Of a DNA stretch of 64,000 nt, positions 10,437-20,801 are shown piece by piece. The notes beneath the pieces are model-generated. The model saw only the letters and a program-made list of their open reading frames with translations. It did not search any database and was not told the DNA's origin. Position 1 is the stretch's first letter; every line of letters starts with the position of its first letter. A program made the position numbers and the translations under genes. The stretch lies in the NCBI GenBank assembly GCA_963749495.1, contig CAVVMW010000010.1, positions 1 to 64,000 of the forward strand, given 5' to 3'. The stretch is from an uncultured bacterium. GTDB lineage: Bacteria; Verrucomicrobiota; Verrucomicrobiia; Limisphaerales; UBA8199.

Positions 10437-10476
10437 CCCCTCACCCCGGCCCTCTCCCCATCCGATGGGGAGAGGG
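10437..10476. repeat. Palindromic REP-like repeat (CCCCTCACCC...CCCTCTCCC-n-GGGAGAGGG family)
   Basis: Hairpin CCCTCTCCCCATCCGATGGGGAGAGGG. Related copies at 13421-13566 and 59072-59192. Confidence 0.75.
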
Positions 10477-10541
10477 AGCGTGGTTGGTCGTTACACACTA
10501 TTGGGCAACCCGAGGATTGGGTAGCATATGCCATGGTTCGG

Positions 10542-11927
10542 ATGAACGCCGTTCCTAAGAAGATCACCCTGGAGGATTGGGACGCCCGCCACACCGATCT
10601 GGTCAACGCCGGCCTGCGCGAACCCGCATACGGCGGCCGCTTGAGCCGCCATGTGTCGCATGCGGGCGACCTCAGGCTGCGACAATTACATTTCGACAAC
10701 TCGGCGGCTTCGTTGCGGCTCTGGAATTTTCTGCTCACCGAAAACCAGAGATTGGACCAGGCGCGGGCGCGTGGGGATCTGCTGGTGGGTACGATGAAGG
10801 ATCTGGGCACGGTCCCCGTGATGGCCTACGCGTTGCCGAAGCTGCGGGCGTTCTATCCGGACGGAGCCTGGTGGACACCCTGTCTCATGGAGTGCAGCGA
10901 CGGGCTCCTGCAACAGGCCTCGAGACTGGGCATCGATGCCTCCTTTTGCCCGGTTCGGGCCATGCTGCCGGCCTTCCTGAATGGGGAACATTTCCCGCGC
11001 CCTGATCTGCTGATTTGCAGCACCGGGGCGGTCTGCGACGATTTTTCCGCCATTGCCCAGCGGTTGGAGCGGATGGGATTCCCGGTGCTTTGGTGGGAGA
11101 TGCCGCGACGCCGGGCGCCGGCCCGGGCCGAGCCTGGCTGTTCGTTGCCCGGCGGCCTGGAAGCGGCGCGCACACAGGTGGAGTGTGTGCGGGAGGAACT
11201 CGAGCGCATTGGTGTCGCTTTGGGGGGCTTGGCTGCGCAGCCGCTCGATGACCAACTGCTTGCCGAGGGGATACGTGAGGCCAACCAGGTCCGCGCCCTC
11301 TTGTCTGAACTCAGGCGGCTGGCCTATGGCGCAGAAGGAGCCCCGCTGCCCGCATTGGAAATGCTGGTAGCGGAGATGCTCGCCATCCATTTTTGCTCGG
11401 ATCGCGAGGAGAGTGCGACCGTGCTTCGCGGGTTGCTGGCCCAAGCCAAGGAGCGCGTCCGGCGCCGCGCATTCATTCTTGACGCGGAGGCAGTCCGAGT
11501 ATTCTGGGTCAACCCTGTTGCGGATCTGCGGGCCATGAACCTGCTCGAGGAGTGCGGCGGCAGGATCTGCGGGGCGGATTTCATGTTTGGACACGCCCTG
11601 GAGCCGATCCCGGAGCAGTTGCCGCCCTGGGAGGCCTTGGCGCGCATTGCGCTGTCTGACCCCATGGTGGGCTCGACGGCGGATCGCGCGCGGCGCATCG
11701 TGGCGCAATGCCGAAGCTCCCGCGCCGAGGCGGTGGTCGTGTCGCGGATTCCCGGCGCCAGCCACTGCGCCTGGGAGGGCGCGCTCATCCAGGAGTTTGT
11801 CCGCAAACACCTCGCCCTTCCTTCAATCGAACTTGAAGTCCCGCCCGTGGCGGACCCTATGATTCCCACCCTGCAATCGCGGCTCGAAGCGCTTATCGAA
11901 ACCGTGCGCGGCAGGAGGGCGCGGTGA
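10542..11927 (+). CDS. 2-hydroxyacyl-CoA dehydratase subunit
   Basis: FCPVRA, AVCDDF, ASHC and the C-terminal SRLEALIETV pattern; paired with the upstream subunit. Confidence 0.8.
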   Translation: MNAVPKKITLEDWDARHTDLVNAGLREPAYGGRLSRHVSHAGDLRLRQLHFDNSAASLRLWNFLLTENQRLDQARARGDLLVGTMKDLGTVPVMAYALPKLRAFYPDGAWWTPCLMECSDGLLQQASRLGIDASFCPVRAMLPAFLNGEHFPRPDLLICSTGAVCDDFSAIAQRLERMGFPVLWWEMPRRRAPARAEPGCSLPGGLEAARTQVECVREELERIGVALGGLAAQPLDDQLLAEGIREANQVRALLSELRRLAYGAEGAPLPALEMLVAEMLAIHFCSDREESATVLRGLLAQAKERVRRRAFILDAEAVRVFWVNPVADLRAMNLLEECGGRICGADFMFGHALEPIPEQLPPWEALARIALSDPMVGSTADRARRIVAQCRSSRAEAVVVSRIPGASHCAWEGALIQEFVRKHLALPSIELEVPPVADPMIPTLQSRLEALIETVRGRRAR

Positions 11928-12062
11928 CAGTTTGATATGGCGCTGATGCAGGCCCTGGCAGGCGAGATGGCATTCACTCACCAACTGGCCCGGGCCAACA
12001 AAGTGATCCAGGGAATCTCCGTCGGAACCACCGGACCAACAGTCTCACTGCGAAAAAACCAT

Positions 12063-12447
12063 TTACAGCCTCGACTTCCCCTGCGCCCTCACCTTGGCCC
12101 ACCTCCTCTTCATCGCTGCTGAGAGTGCTCTGCTCCAGGACGCGCTTCGCTTCTTCCTGGGCTTTGCTCCTTCTATAGCCGAGGCGGCTTCGGGTTGAGC
12201 CTCGGCTCTCTCTGCCGCCCGTCTTGCCTGCTGAGCCTGCCCGGATATTCGCAAGAGCTTCCGGACTCATCTTCCTGCGCTTTCTCCTCCTCCCATTCTT
12301 CGATGCTCGAGGCGTTTCGGCAGGGGCAGAAGCAAGGACTTCGGCGCCAAGGATCTCGTTCAGTTGTTCCTGGAGCGCGTCGATCCTCTCTTTGATGCCG
12401 GCTGCCTTTCGGAGTTGTTGCGGTGTTAGTGTGGTAATCGCATTCAT
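12063..12447 (-). pseudogene. Small very basic coiled-coil protein (possible nucleoid-associated), frameshift near 12232
   Basis: MNAITTLTPQQLRKAAGIKERIDALQEQL...RRRKRRKMSPEALANIRAG/QQARRAA...SAAMKRRWAKVR. Confidence 0.6.
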
Positions 12448-12497
12448 TCGCGGGAATGTGGCTGGAATGGGAAGAATGTCAACAACGGCCCACTTAG

Positions 12498-13322
12498 TCA
12501 CTGCCCTTTGGGCGCGAGCATGTAAAAGCGGTTGCCGCTCGCAGGACGGTCCAGCGTGACGGTGACCTGGCTGCCCGCATTGACGGGGGTGTTGGTCACT
12601 GTGCTCCACGCGACTGGCGGAGAGAGGTCGGAGGCGGCCTTGAGAACGTAGTTGGTAAAGGAACTCGGCCAGCTCAGGACGAGGTTGGGGCCGACGCTCA
12701 CTTCCAGCCCGTTACTGGGGATGTCCGGCCCCCTGACGGTGAAATTCTCAAAAAGGGTCACCATCGTATCCTGAACGGCAACACCGGCTGCGCCCGACAA
12801 GGATCGGTCGTCGGTTAGCGTCCCGATCAGTTGGTCGTCCACGAAGAAAGTCATGGCCGGACCCTGAAGGTCGGCGCGCACCAGATGCCAGGTGTTCAAT
12901 TCCAACGGGGCGGCCTGGGAGAGCAGCATCTGCTGGTCGGAGAGCCGGTAAACCTCGATCGTTTTGGTGGCCACGTGGAGGGCGAAGAGGTAGCCGTCGG
13001 TGCCGTTGTCGCGCAGCACCAGGGCGCCCTTGGTGCACACAAGCAGGTTCGGCTCGACCACATTGATCCGGCACTCAACGGTATAGTCAGCCCAGTCCTT
13101 CCCAACCTCCACCCGGTGCAGCGGTTCGGGAGCAAGGGGTGTGGCGCTAATGCCCCTGAGGGCGCCATCGACGATGGAAAAGAAATCCCTGTCTCCCTGC
13201 CAATCGGCTCCCAGAACAGCCTCGGAAAAAGGGTCGGACCAGGTGCCGGCCAACGTTGAGGAATTCCATGCCAGGAGGGCTGAACCGGCCAACAATTGCG
13301 CGAATCGCAGCAGCGGTCTCAT
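12498..13322 (-). CDS. Secreted beta-sandwich (DUF1080/ConA-like) protein with a C-terminal 'RFY' domain
   Basis: Signal peptide, WADYTVE...WHLVRAD...FFVDDQ...GAAGV, then LSWP...W...NRFY. Confidence 0.7.
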   Translation of the reverse strand: MRPLLRFAQLLAGSALLAWNSSTLAGTWSDPFSEAVLGADWQGDRDFFSIVDGALRGISATPLAPEPLHRVEVGKDWADYTVECRINVVEPNLLVCTKGALVLRDNGTDGYLFALHVATKTIEVYRLSDQQMLLSQAAPLELNTWHLVRADLQGPAMTFFVDDQLIGTLTDDRSLSGAAGVAVQDTMVTLFENFTVRGPDIPSNGLEVSVGPNLVLSWPSSFTNYVLKAASDLSPPVAWSTVTNTPVNAGSQVTVTLDRPASGNRFYMLAPKGQ

Positions 13323-13420
13323 AGCGCTCCGCAGACTATCATCGGGAGCATCCAAAGTCAATGAAGGGTGCCGGGCAAATGTACGGACTCAGTGAAGGCG
13401 GGAGCGGGACCGCGAGCAGA

Positions 13421-13566
13421 CCCCTCACCCCAACCCTCTCCCCATCGGATGGGGAGAGGGAGAATTCTCGCTAGCGGCTCGAGGAACCGGAGACGCCCGG
13501 AAGTTCGAGAGGCTGCCGACGCTCCGCCCTCTCCCCTTCGGAAGGGGAGAGGGTTGGGGTGAGGGG
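13421..13566. repeat. Inverted pair of REP-like palindromes
   Basis: 13421-13460 and 13527-13566 are inverted copies of the repeat at 10437. Confidence 0.75.
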
Positions 13567-13660
13567 TCCGCCCGGCACTCCGTCTGCGCCTTCACTGCCG
13601 ATTACGGCCAAATCAGCAGTTGATTTCCTGCCGGCGGCGTGAGAATCTGGGCCGGAAACC

Positions 13661-14404
13661 GTGAGCAGATCAATACAGAAGAAGGGCTTTACGCTGATCG
13701 AGTTGCTGGTGGTCATCGCCATTATCGCGATCCTGGCGAGCATGCTTTTGCCGGCGCTCTCCCGGTCCAAGGGCAAGGCCGTGGGCATCCGGTGCTGCTC
13801 GAACCTCCGCCAACTGGGAGTGGCCTTCCTGCTCTACGCCGACGACAACAATCAGCAGTTGCCGGACCTCTACACCGAGTGGTGGACCGGCAACGGGGTC
13901 GCCCCGGGCGGATTATGGTGGTGGCAGACCCTCTCGACGAATCGCTACATCGTGTCGCAAGTCATCTCGAACAACGTCTGGCGCTGTCCCGCCGTCCTGG
14001 ACAAAGACATTAACATCGTGTTCGGCGCCCGCTGGGAAGGATATGGGCCGGTCGAAAGCACCATCATTCGTTATGCTTACAACATGAACCCCGCGGTCCC
14101 GCTCCACAGCCGCAAACTCCAGCAGATACCGCGGCCGGCCCAGGTCTGGATGATGGGTGACACAGGCGTGCCCCGTGACCCGAATCGGGTCCCCGCCAGC
14201 GGTTACACGACCGAAATCGTGACCTTCCCGCCCGACCCGGCCACGCACGACTGGAAGGTCTATACGCCCCCCAAGCAGCCGGGCTGCCGCCACAACCTGC
14301 GGGCCAACATCGTGATGGTGGACGGCCATTATGAGTGCTGGGCCTACCGCGATCTGAAGTTCGACAAGAACGACGTCTTCGGTTACTACGACTTGTATCA
14401 ATAA
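13661..14404 (+). CDS. Prepilin-type N-terminal cleavage/methylation protein with H-X9-DG motif
   Basis: [26 protein letters not shown]-terminal [14 protein letters not shown]. Confidence 0.92.
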   Translation: MSRSIQKKGFTLIELLVVIAIIAILASMLLPALSRSKGKAVGIRCCSNLRQLGVAFLLYADDNNQQLPDLYTEWWTGNGVAPGGLWWWQTLSTNRYIVSQVISNNVWRCPAVLDKDINIVFGARWEGYGPVESTIIRYAYNMNPAVPLHSRKLQQIPRPAQVWMMGDTGVPRDPNRVPASGYTTEIVTFPPDPATHDWKVYTPPKQPGCRHNLRANIVMVDGHYECWAYRDLKFDKNDVFGYYDLYQ

Positions 14405-15514
14405 ATCAAGTTCTGCTATGCGCATCACCCCTATTTTTACAGGCTTTTTTCAACTTCTCTGGTCAAAACTAACAACAGACCTGACAACAGAGACATGGAA
14501 GTTCATCCACGTTTTGCGGTGTTTGGGGATGTCGAAACGCCGCTTTGGAAGGGCACCCCAGGTTGACGCAACATGAGATGTCCTAAAGACTCCACGAAGA
14601 GAAATCCCCGAGCTGAGAATCCATCCGGCCCATCGTGACCACCCTTAACCAGGTCAGATCACCATCACCCAGGAAAAACACACCGCCACAATCTCCACCT
14701 GCGCGGTCACCCACCTTGGAGTCAGCCCGGAGGTTGAGGAGCTGACCAACCAGGAGACTGTGGACCTCAATCACGAAGTTCAACGAGACGCGTAGGACCC
14801 AGGTGGAATTGGCATCTCAATCAATCCACGTCGCCGTTGAACTCTCCCCGTCGGCCCAAAGCAGCTCTCGTGCCACCCTCCCTGGAATCAATGAACCCCC
14901 AGCGGACATGTGCTGCACTGCCAGGTTGACGCCAGCTCAAACGCCGGTGAAGTCGAGCCACCCAATCACGGTGCCCAAGGAAGAAACCCCGGCGCAGGCT
15001 CGGCCGGTTGATTTGCGGGCGCGGGGCCGGTGCCGAGAAATCTTAGGCCCAGGTTTGCCCCAGGACCCACGAGAACGAGCTGACCCTACCACTGACACTC
15101 CCCAAAAAGCTGAAAAGACGGGCATTTCAACGGGATTCCTGGGCGCACAAAGAGGATTTCCGGCCCCGAATCCACCCGCCAAAACACGTACCAAGCATCC
15201 CCTGGCTGTCATTTTGAGTCCGACCTCAGGGGCCGTTGGGATCACGAACTTGCCATCAGCCGCGCCCTCCGCGTCATCCTCTCAACCACCACTGGACCTG
15301 GACCGTTGCATTCACCTGGCCCTCTGACCTCTGGCTGGTCAAGACCACCTCCCAGGCAGCAGCAGACGGGAGCAAGGGGCCTGGAGAGCCAAGGGTGAGG
15401 GAAGGGGAGGGTTTCTTGCACGGGACTTCATGGGCTGGTGCGTGGAGGTCTGGGCGCTCATTTCTCTTGACTCCGTGGCTCGGGAGGCGTTCAATCGTGC
15501 TGACACGGGAGTTT

Positions 15515-15652
15515 ATGAAATGGCCTACCCGGAAACTGGAGCCGGTGAACACCTTTGAACTTGACGGGAGGTTCAGCGGCAATCCAGCATTTACCCTAAT
15601 CGAACTGCTGGTGGCTATGGCCGTCATCGCCATTCTGAGCGCCATGTTGCTG
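15515..15652 (+). pseudogene. 5' fragment of a prepilin-type gene
   Basis: [22 protein letters not shown], then abrupt loss of homology at 15653. Confidence 0.7.
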
Positions 15653-15800
15653 CGCGAATACCCCTGTAGCCTTCCTCAGAGAGCCACAGGAGCTGATGTA
15701 GAGACTGAAGGTGATGTTTAGAGGGGCGACACTCCCTCGAACCAACTGCTCATAGTTAAAGAGCATATGGACATGCTGCTTCTCGACAGAATGAAGATCT

Positions 15801-17432
15801 ATGAAAACAACTAAAGCAGTATTCGGAATGCTCAGCATCAGGTTGGGTCTGGTGGGGCCGGCCATCGGTTTGATTCTGCTGCTGTTGGTGCTGCCCGGAG
15901 TGGTGCAAGCCCAATTACGTTTCACGACCAACAGCGGCGCGATCACCATCACGGGATATCAGGGAAGCCCCGTTGCGCTGACCATCCCCAGCGAGACCAA
16001 TAACCTGCCGGTCACTGGCATCGGAGAGCAGGCGTTCGCGGGCTGCTTCGCCCTGGCCAGCGTCACGATTCCCAACAGCGTCACCAGCATCGGGGACTCG
16101 GCGTTCCTTAACTGCTTCAGCCTGGCCAGCGTCACGTTAGGCAACAGCCTCACCAGCATCGGAGACGATGCGTTCTATGACTGCACGAGCCTGACGAGCG
16201 TCACGATTCCCAACAGCGTCACCAAGATCTGGCCGGGGGCGTTCTATGGCTGCGCCAGCCTGACCAACGTCACGATACCCCACAACGTCACCAGCATCGG
16301 GGACTCGGCGTTCTATTATTGCACAAGCCTGGCGAGCGTCACCATAGGTAGCAGCGTCACCAACATCGGCAACTATGCTTTTTTCGCCTGCAGCAGTCTG
16401 ACAACAGTCTGTTTTCAGGGTAACGCCCCAACCCCCACAACTGATTCGACTGTGTTTGCTAGCAGTGATGGTGAGATCAATGCTGTTGCCTATTATGTGC
16501 CTGGGACAACGGGCTGGGGCACGACTTTTGACGGCGTTCCAGCTTTGCCTTGGGACATTGGCCCCCGTCGTCCAGCTATAGCTACCACCGTTGTGACCAA
16601 TGGTTTCGTGGTTGCCGGTACCATTACAGATCCGGGATACGGTTATACGAATGCACCAACGCTTTACTTCGTAGGAGGGAGTGGCAGTGGTGCAGAAGCT
16701 ACGGCAACGATAAGCAACGGTATTGTGACCGCAATCAATATCGTCAATCCAGGCTCAGGTTACACCACTGCACCCACAATCGCTATAAGCCCTCCTATTC
16801 TCCCTAATCTTGGCATCGTGGGAGCCCTTGACCTCACCTCTACGGACTTAACCATCGGCAGCAGCTACCAACTGCAGGTGGCGCAGTCAGGAATATGGAC
16901 AAGCTTAGGTTCACCGTTCGTTGCAGCGACAACTCTTTATTCGCAGTTGGTGAATAATGGCTTCTATCGGTTGGTTGGACTGCCTATCCCTTATTCAGCC
17001 ACAGCCACCGCTCAACTATCTTATGGTTTCGTGGTCGGTGCAAGTATTACTAGCGGTGGTTCTGGGTATGCATCAGCTCCTGCCGTGAGTATTGTAGGAG
17101 GTGGCGGCAGTGGTGCTTCAGCTACAGCAACGGTCAGCAATGGTGTCGTGACTGCCATCAATATCATCAATACTGGTTCAGGTTATACCAGTCTGCCAAC
17201 TATTATCATCGCTCCTCCAACGGTTCAAGGACTTGCGCCCACGTTAAGCGCGGCTGTTCGATTGGACTACAGTAGTTTAGAGACAAACCTGACATATCAA
17301 CTTCAGGCATCACTGAGCCTGGGCATCTGGACCAATCTTGGGTCGCCTTTCACGGCAACGACTGACACGAACTCCCAGTATCTGGGGATGCAGGCCAGGA
17401 GTATGTTCTTCCGCTTGCTGTATGTCCCCTGA
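15801..17432 (+). CDS. BspA-type leucine-rich-repeat surface protein with Gly/Ser/Thr-rich repeats
   Basis: Tandem SVTIPNSVTSIGDSAFxxCxSL repeats, two GxGYTxAP...GGGGSGA modules, C-terminal MFFRL. Confidence 0.9.
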   Translation: MKTTKAVFGMLSIRLGLVGPAIGLILLLLVLPGVVQAQLRFTTNSGAITITGYQGSPVALTIPSETNNLPVTGIGEQAFAGCFALASVTIPNSVTSIGDSAFLNCFSLASVTLGNSLTSIGDDAFYDCTSLTSVTIPNSVTKIWPGAFYGCASLTNVTIPHNVTSIGDSAFYYCTSLASVTIGSSVTNIGNYAFFACSSLTTVCFQGNAPTPTTDSTVFASSDGEINAVAYYVPGTTGWGTTFDGVPALPWDIGPRRPAIATTVVTNGFVVAGTITDPGYGYTNAPTLYFVGGSGSGAEATATISNGIVTAINIVNPGSGYTTAPTIAISPPILPNLGIVGALDLTSTDLTIGSSYQLQVAQSGIWTSLGSPFVAATTLYSQLVNNGFYRLVGLPIPYSATATAQLSYGFVVGASITSGGSGYASAPAVSIVGGGGSGASATATVSNGVVTAINIINTGSGYTSLPTIIIAPPTVQGLAPTLSAAVRLDYSSLETNLTYQLQASLSLGIWTNLGSPFTATTDTNSQYLGMQARSMFFRLLYVP

Positions 17433-17555
17433 TGGCGGCGGTTATGGGCAGGTTCTTCGTTGATGTTGCACCTGCCTATGGAACATCCGCCACGAGACTA
17501 AACAGATTGCAGTAATGTCGTATCACAAACTTTTTAACTCAGAGAAACGTTAAAC

Positions 17556-18215
17556 ATGCCATTTGCTTACCATCCTGACCTGGACCTTCACGGCGCGTAT
17601 CAAGGGTATCAAGGGCAACATCCCGCGCTTGCTCGCTGGATATTTGTTGGTTTTGATCCGAAGTTTCCGACAGGGCAGGACTGGGAGCAGGCCGCAGCTA
17701 ACGTCCTGGCCTATCTCCAGAATGGACCAACTTGGTGCAGAGAAAACAACAGACACCACCCAATGGCACCCAATCAGGGTGCCGAACAATTAACCGACTA
17801 TCACAACATCATGGCGCGGCTGTTCTCCATCTGCACCCAACTCGGTGTGGATAGACAGGCCATTCTCCAAGGAGTTTGCTTTCTCGATTTGCTCGGAAAA
17901 CCCACGATGGGAAACAGAAGGGACAACAGAAGCCTTTATCATCACTACCTTAACGACGAGCACAATCTCACTCATTTGCAGAACATCTGCCTATCGTTGG
18001 CCGAGAACACCAATGGGTTGCTGATTGTGCCAAGATGGGTCTTGGATACCGCGCTGAATGCCAATTTAGGCGGGAACGGTGTCGTTGCTGATATAAGACA
18101 CCCACGAACAATAATCGCTCGTCACTTCCCTTATTTCTTTGGTCAAACCGAGGGCTTCAAGCTTGCCTGCCTTAACGCTTTAGCAGAAAGGCTTGTTGAC
18201 CATGGGCAGCACTAG
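17556..18215 (+). CDS. Hypothetical protein (lower-GC orphan)
   Basis: 219-aa ATG ORF in visibly AT-richer DNA. Confidence 0.6.
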   Translation: MPFAYHPDLDLHGAYQGYQGQHPALARWIFVGFDPKFPTGQDWEQAAANVLAYLQNGPTWCRENNRHHPMAPNQGAEQLTDYHNIMARLFSICTQLGVDRQAILQGVCFLDLLGKPTMGNRRDNRSLYHHYLNDEHNLTHLQNICLSLAENTNGLLIVPRWVLDTALNANLGGNGVVADIRHPRTIIARHFPYFFGQTEGFKLACLNALAERLVDHGQH

Positions 18216-18347
18216 CACATCTCAATATGCGGCAGACTTGCCGGTAAGTAAGAAAGAGGATGGGTGATAAGTCATTATTGACATATACGGATAGCTACGC
18301 TATTTCCTGTATAGCCATGGTATTGAAATTGCAGTATATAATGATTC

Positions 18348-20801
18348 CAGAACTCCTGACATAGCCGTCAAACAAAATGTCCGCTTTTTGCCTCACGGCG
18401 CTTCCCGAATTGTGTAGCGCAGGCGCAAGCGCGAACCTGGAAAGAGGGTATTGGTCCGGTTGAGTTCCTCGCAAAGCGCGGCAATCGCCCGCGTGCGGTG
18501 CGGCGAACTTAGCGCAGCCAAGCTCACCCGCAACTCCGTTTGGGTGACTTCGAGATCCGCCGCGCTGGCCAAAGCCGATTGGATCAGAGTTCGACCTTCG
18601 TCGCCCACCCTCCGATAGTAGGGCGCGACTAATCTCAGCAAATCGCTCTCGGCTTGGTAAGCCACGATCTTAATCACATTGGTTAGATGTTTGCGTTCTG
18701 GAGCCAGTTTCACCACGGGCTCTTTGGTGATGCTTTGGATCGGCACTCGCCGGGGCACGGCGGCACGGCGTTTCTCCAGTCGCGCTACACGCTGCCAAGC
18801 AGTGTCGATTTGCTGGCCGAGCTTGCCCTGCGCGATCTTGAAGCCGCGCATGGTCTGCTGCTGCTGCTCCAGGTTGACCAGCGCCTCCAGGCCATATTCG
18901 GCCTGCAGCCGAGCCAGTTGGGCATACGCCTGGCGCAATTGGGCGTCCACGGCCGCCCAGACCGGGTTGGGAACCTCACGAGTGGGATCATCAGGCACCG
19001 CGGCATATTCGACTAACGCGTCCAACGCGTATTCGTCGCACAGGTATTTCAGGAAATTCTCTTGTCGCCAGCGATCAAACATGTGATAGGCGACTTGGGC
19101 AGCGCACAGATCCCGGCGCGAGGTCAGGACGGGGGTTTGGTGCCCGTTGTCCCTCAGGCGGGTGACCTGCCGCATGCGCAGCTTGCCCTTGAGCAAGCGC
19201 ACCTCCTGGTCGGCCAGGACGTAGAGGAAGGTCCGTCCCTCACAACGGGTGCGACATGGCCGGAAGCGCTTGCGGGGGACGCGGCGGCAGCGCCCTTTGC
19301 GGTACGTCAGCACGTCAAAGCCCGCGGCCAGGATTTGGAGGAAGAGCTTGGGACTGTAGCCGCCGCGATCAAAGGCTACGGTGATGCGTCGTTTGCCCAC
19401 CAAGCTGCGCACCTGCTCCAGGATGCCGGGCAGCATCTTGACCAAGCCGGCGTTAGCCTGTGCCGTGACGACAAAGAGCGGATCGCCGCACGTGTCGTTG
19501 ACCCAATAGTCCGAAGTGGCCGGCACCGAGAGGCGCATCTGAGCCACGTGGGCCTTGGGCAGACGGTGCTTGCCGTGGTAAACCCGCACGTGGCCATCCA
19601 CGTAGAGGAAACCCAAGGCGGCTCCGCGCAAGGCGACCCGTCGCTGGGCCAGAGCCAGGCCAAACTGCGCGGCGCGTCCGGTGGCCGCCAGGCAGGCCAG
19701 TTTCCGCCGCAGCGTTTTGACTTCGGGCGCCCGGTCCAAGCCCAGCACACGCCCCAAGTCTTGAGGGGAGTGTTCCTTGAGGCCCTCCGGTCGCTTGATG
19801 CGCCACAGCGCCATGAGCAAGAGTGTGAGCAAGCTGGTGCGCAATCCATAGAAGGCTGGCCCCAGGCTGCCGTAGATCCTCTGAGCACAGTCGAAAACGC
19901 CGCTGGCCACCAACGCCGGCAAGGCCAAGAGCACGCCGACGCACGGCACGGCGGCGGCGCACCCGAACAACGGGGCTGCATCTTCCAGCAATCCCAGGCG
20001 TGCCAGCAACCGATCGGTCCAGCGATGAGCCGGGTCGGTGTCGAGGCTGCGCGGCAGTGGGCTCGGCGCCACGGATGCACAAAAAGCGGACAGTTTTGGG
20101 TTCCCCCCAGATGCGGGTGAATGAGTCGATGAAGGGGTCTCCACGGGGGGCTGGTTCGCAGCGGTGGTCGTCCGCGGCTCAAGAGGCAGTTCGGTCTGAA
20201 CGACCATCCGTGCGGGCTTCCAGCCTAAACGTCGCACGGTTTTGCGGACGGCTTGCACACTGACCCCAAGCCGCCGCGCGATCTCGTAGTGCGAGCGGCC
20301 TTGGGCCTTGAGCCGTTGGACCCAGCCTCGCCGAGAGGCCGCCAGGCGGGCACGCCCCTGCGGATAACCGCGGGGGCGTCCCAGTGCAGCCAAGCCGCCC
20401 CCCTCGAAGCGTTGTTGACAGCGCCGCACCGTGCGGACCGAGTAACCAAAGGCTCTGGCCACGTCGTTCTGATCCGCCCAACCTACATCGATCAGGCTCA
20501 CCATGGCGTGGGCTTCGGACATGCGGTTGCCCACCGCATACTGTGCCAGGGGCATTCCTGACACGAGCACAAGGCGGTGACCTTCCTGCGTCAGCAGCAG
20601 GCATCGCTCGTTGATGACATGGGTGCCTTGTGGGTTTCGCGCCTCTGGAAAGAGGTCGTCGCATAGGGTATTGGCCATACGCGCCGATGTTAGCCCGGCG
20701 GTCAAAAAAGCGGACAGTTTTGGGTTCCCCCCCCGCCAGTATTGTCCGCCCAGAAAATGCCCAGAAATGGCGAAAACTATGAGGCTATGTCAGGAGTTCT
20801 G
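18348..20801 (-). mobile_element. Insertion sequence with 19-bp perfect IRs and 5-bp TSD
   Basis: IR CAGAACTCCTGACATAGCC at 18348 and its complement ending at 20801. GATTC is duplicated at 18343-18347 and 20802-20806. Confidence 0.9.
18393..20678 (-). CDS. Large DDE transposase with two N-terminal HTH domains (family unassigned)
   Basis: HTHs (DVARAFGYSVRTV; EIARRLGVSVQAVRK), YVDGH, FDRGGYS, RWRQENFLKY; lies within the IRs. Confidence 0.85.
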   Translation of the reverse strand: MANTLCDDLFPEARNPQGTHVINERCLLLTQEGHRLVLVSGMPLAQYAVGNRMSEAHAMVSLIDVGWADQNDVARAFGYSVRTVRRCQQRFEGGGLAALGRPRGYPQGRARLAASRRGWVQRLKAQGRSHYEIARRLGVSVQAVRKTVRRLGWKPARMVVQTELPLEPRTTTAANQPPVETPSSTHSPASGGNPKLSAFCASVAPSPLPRSLDTDPAHRWTDRLLARLGLLEDAAPLFGCAAAVPCVGVLLALPALVASGVFDCAQRIYGSLGPAFYGLRTSLLTLLLMALWRIKRPEGLKEHSPQDLGRVLGLDRAPEVKTLRRKLACLAATGRAAQFGLALAQRRVALRGAALGFLYVDGHVRVYHGKHRLPKAHVAQMRLSVPATSDYWVNDTCGDPLFVVTAQANAGLVKMLPGILEQVRSLVGKRRITVAFDRGGYSPKLFLQILAAGFDVLTYRKGRCRRVPRKRFRPCRTRCEGRTFLYVLADQEVRLLKGKLRMRQVTRLRDNGHQTPVLTSRRDLCAAQVAYHMFDRWRQENFLKYLCDEYALDALVEYAAVPDDPTREVPNPVWAAVDAQLRQAYAQLARLQAEYGLEALVNLEQQQQTMRGFKIAQGKLGQQIDTAWQRVARLEKRRAAVPRRVPIQSITKEPVVKLAPERKHLTNVIKIVAYQAESDLLRLVAPYYRRVGDEGRTLIQSALASAADLEVTQTELRVSLAALSSPHRTRAIAALCEELNRTNTLFPGSRLRLRYTIREAP

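Noticed and set aside
14583..15480. Short ORFs in this interval
   Set aside because: Low-complexity translations with no recognisable motifs.
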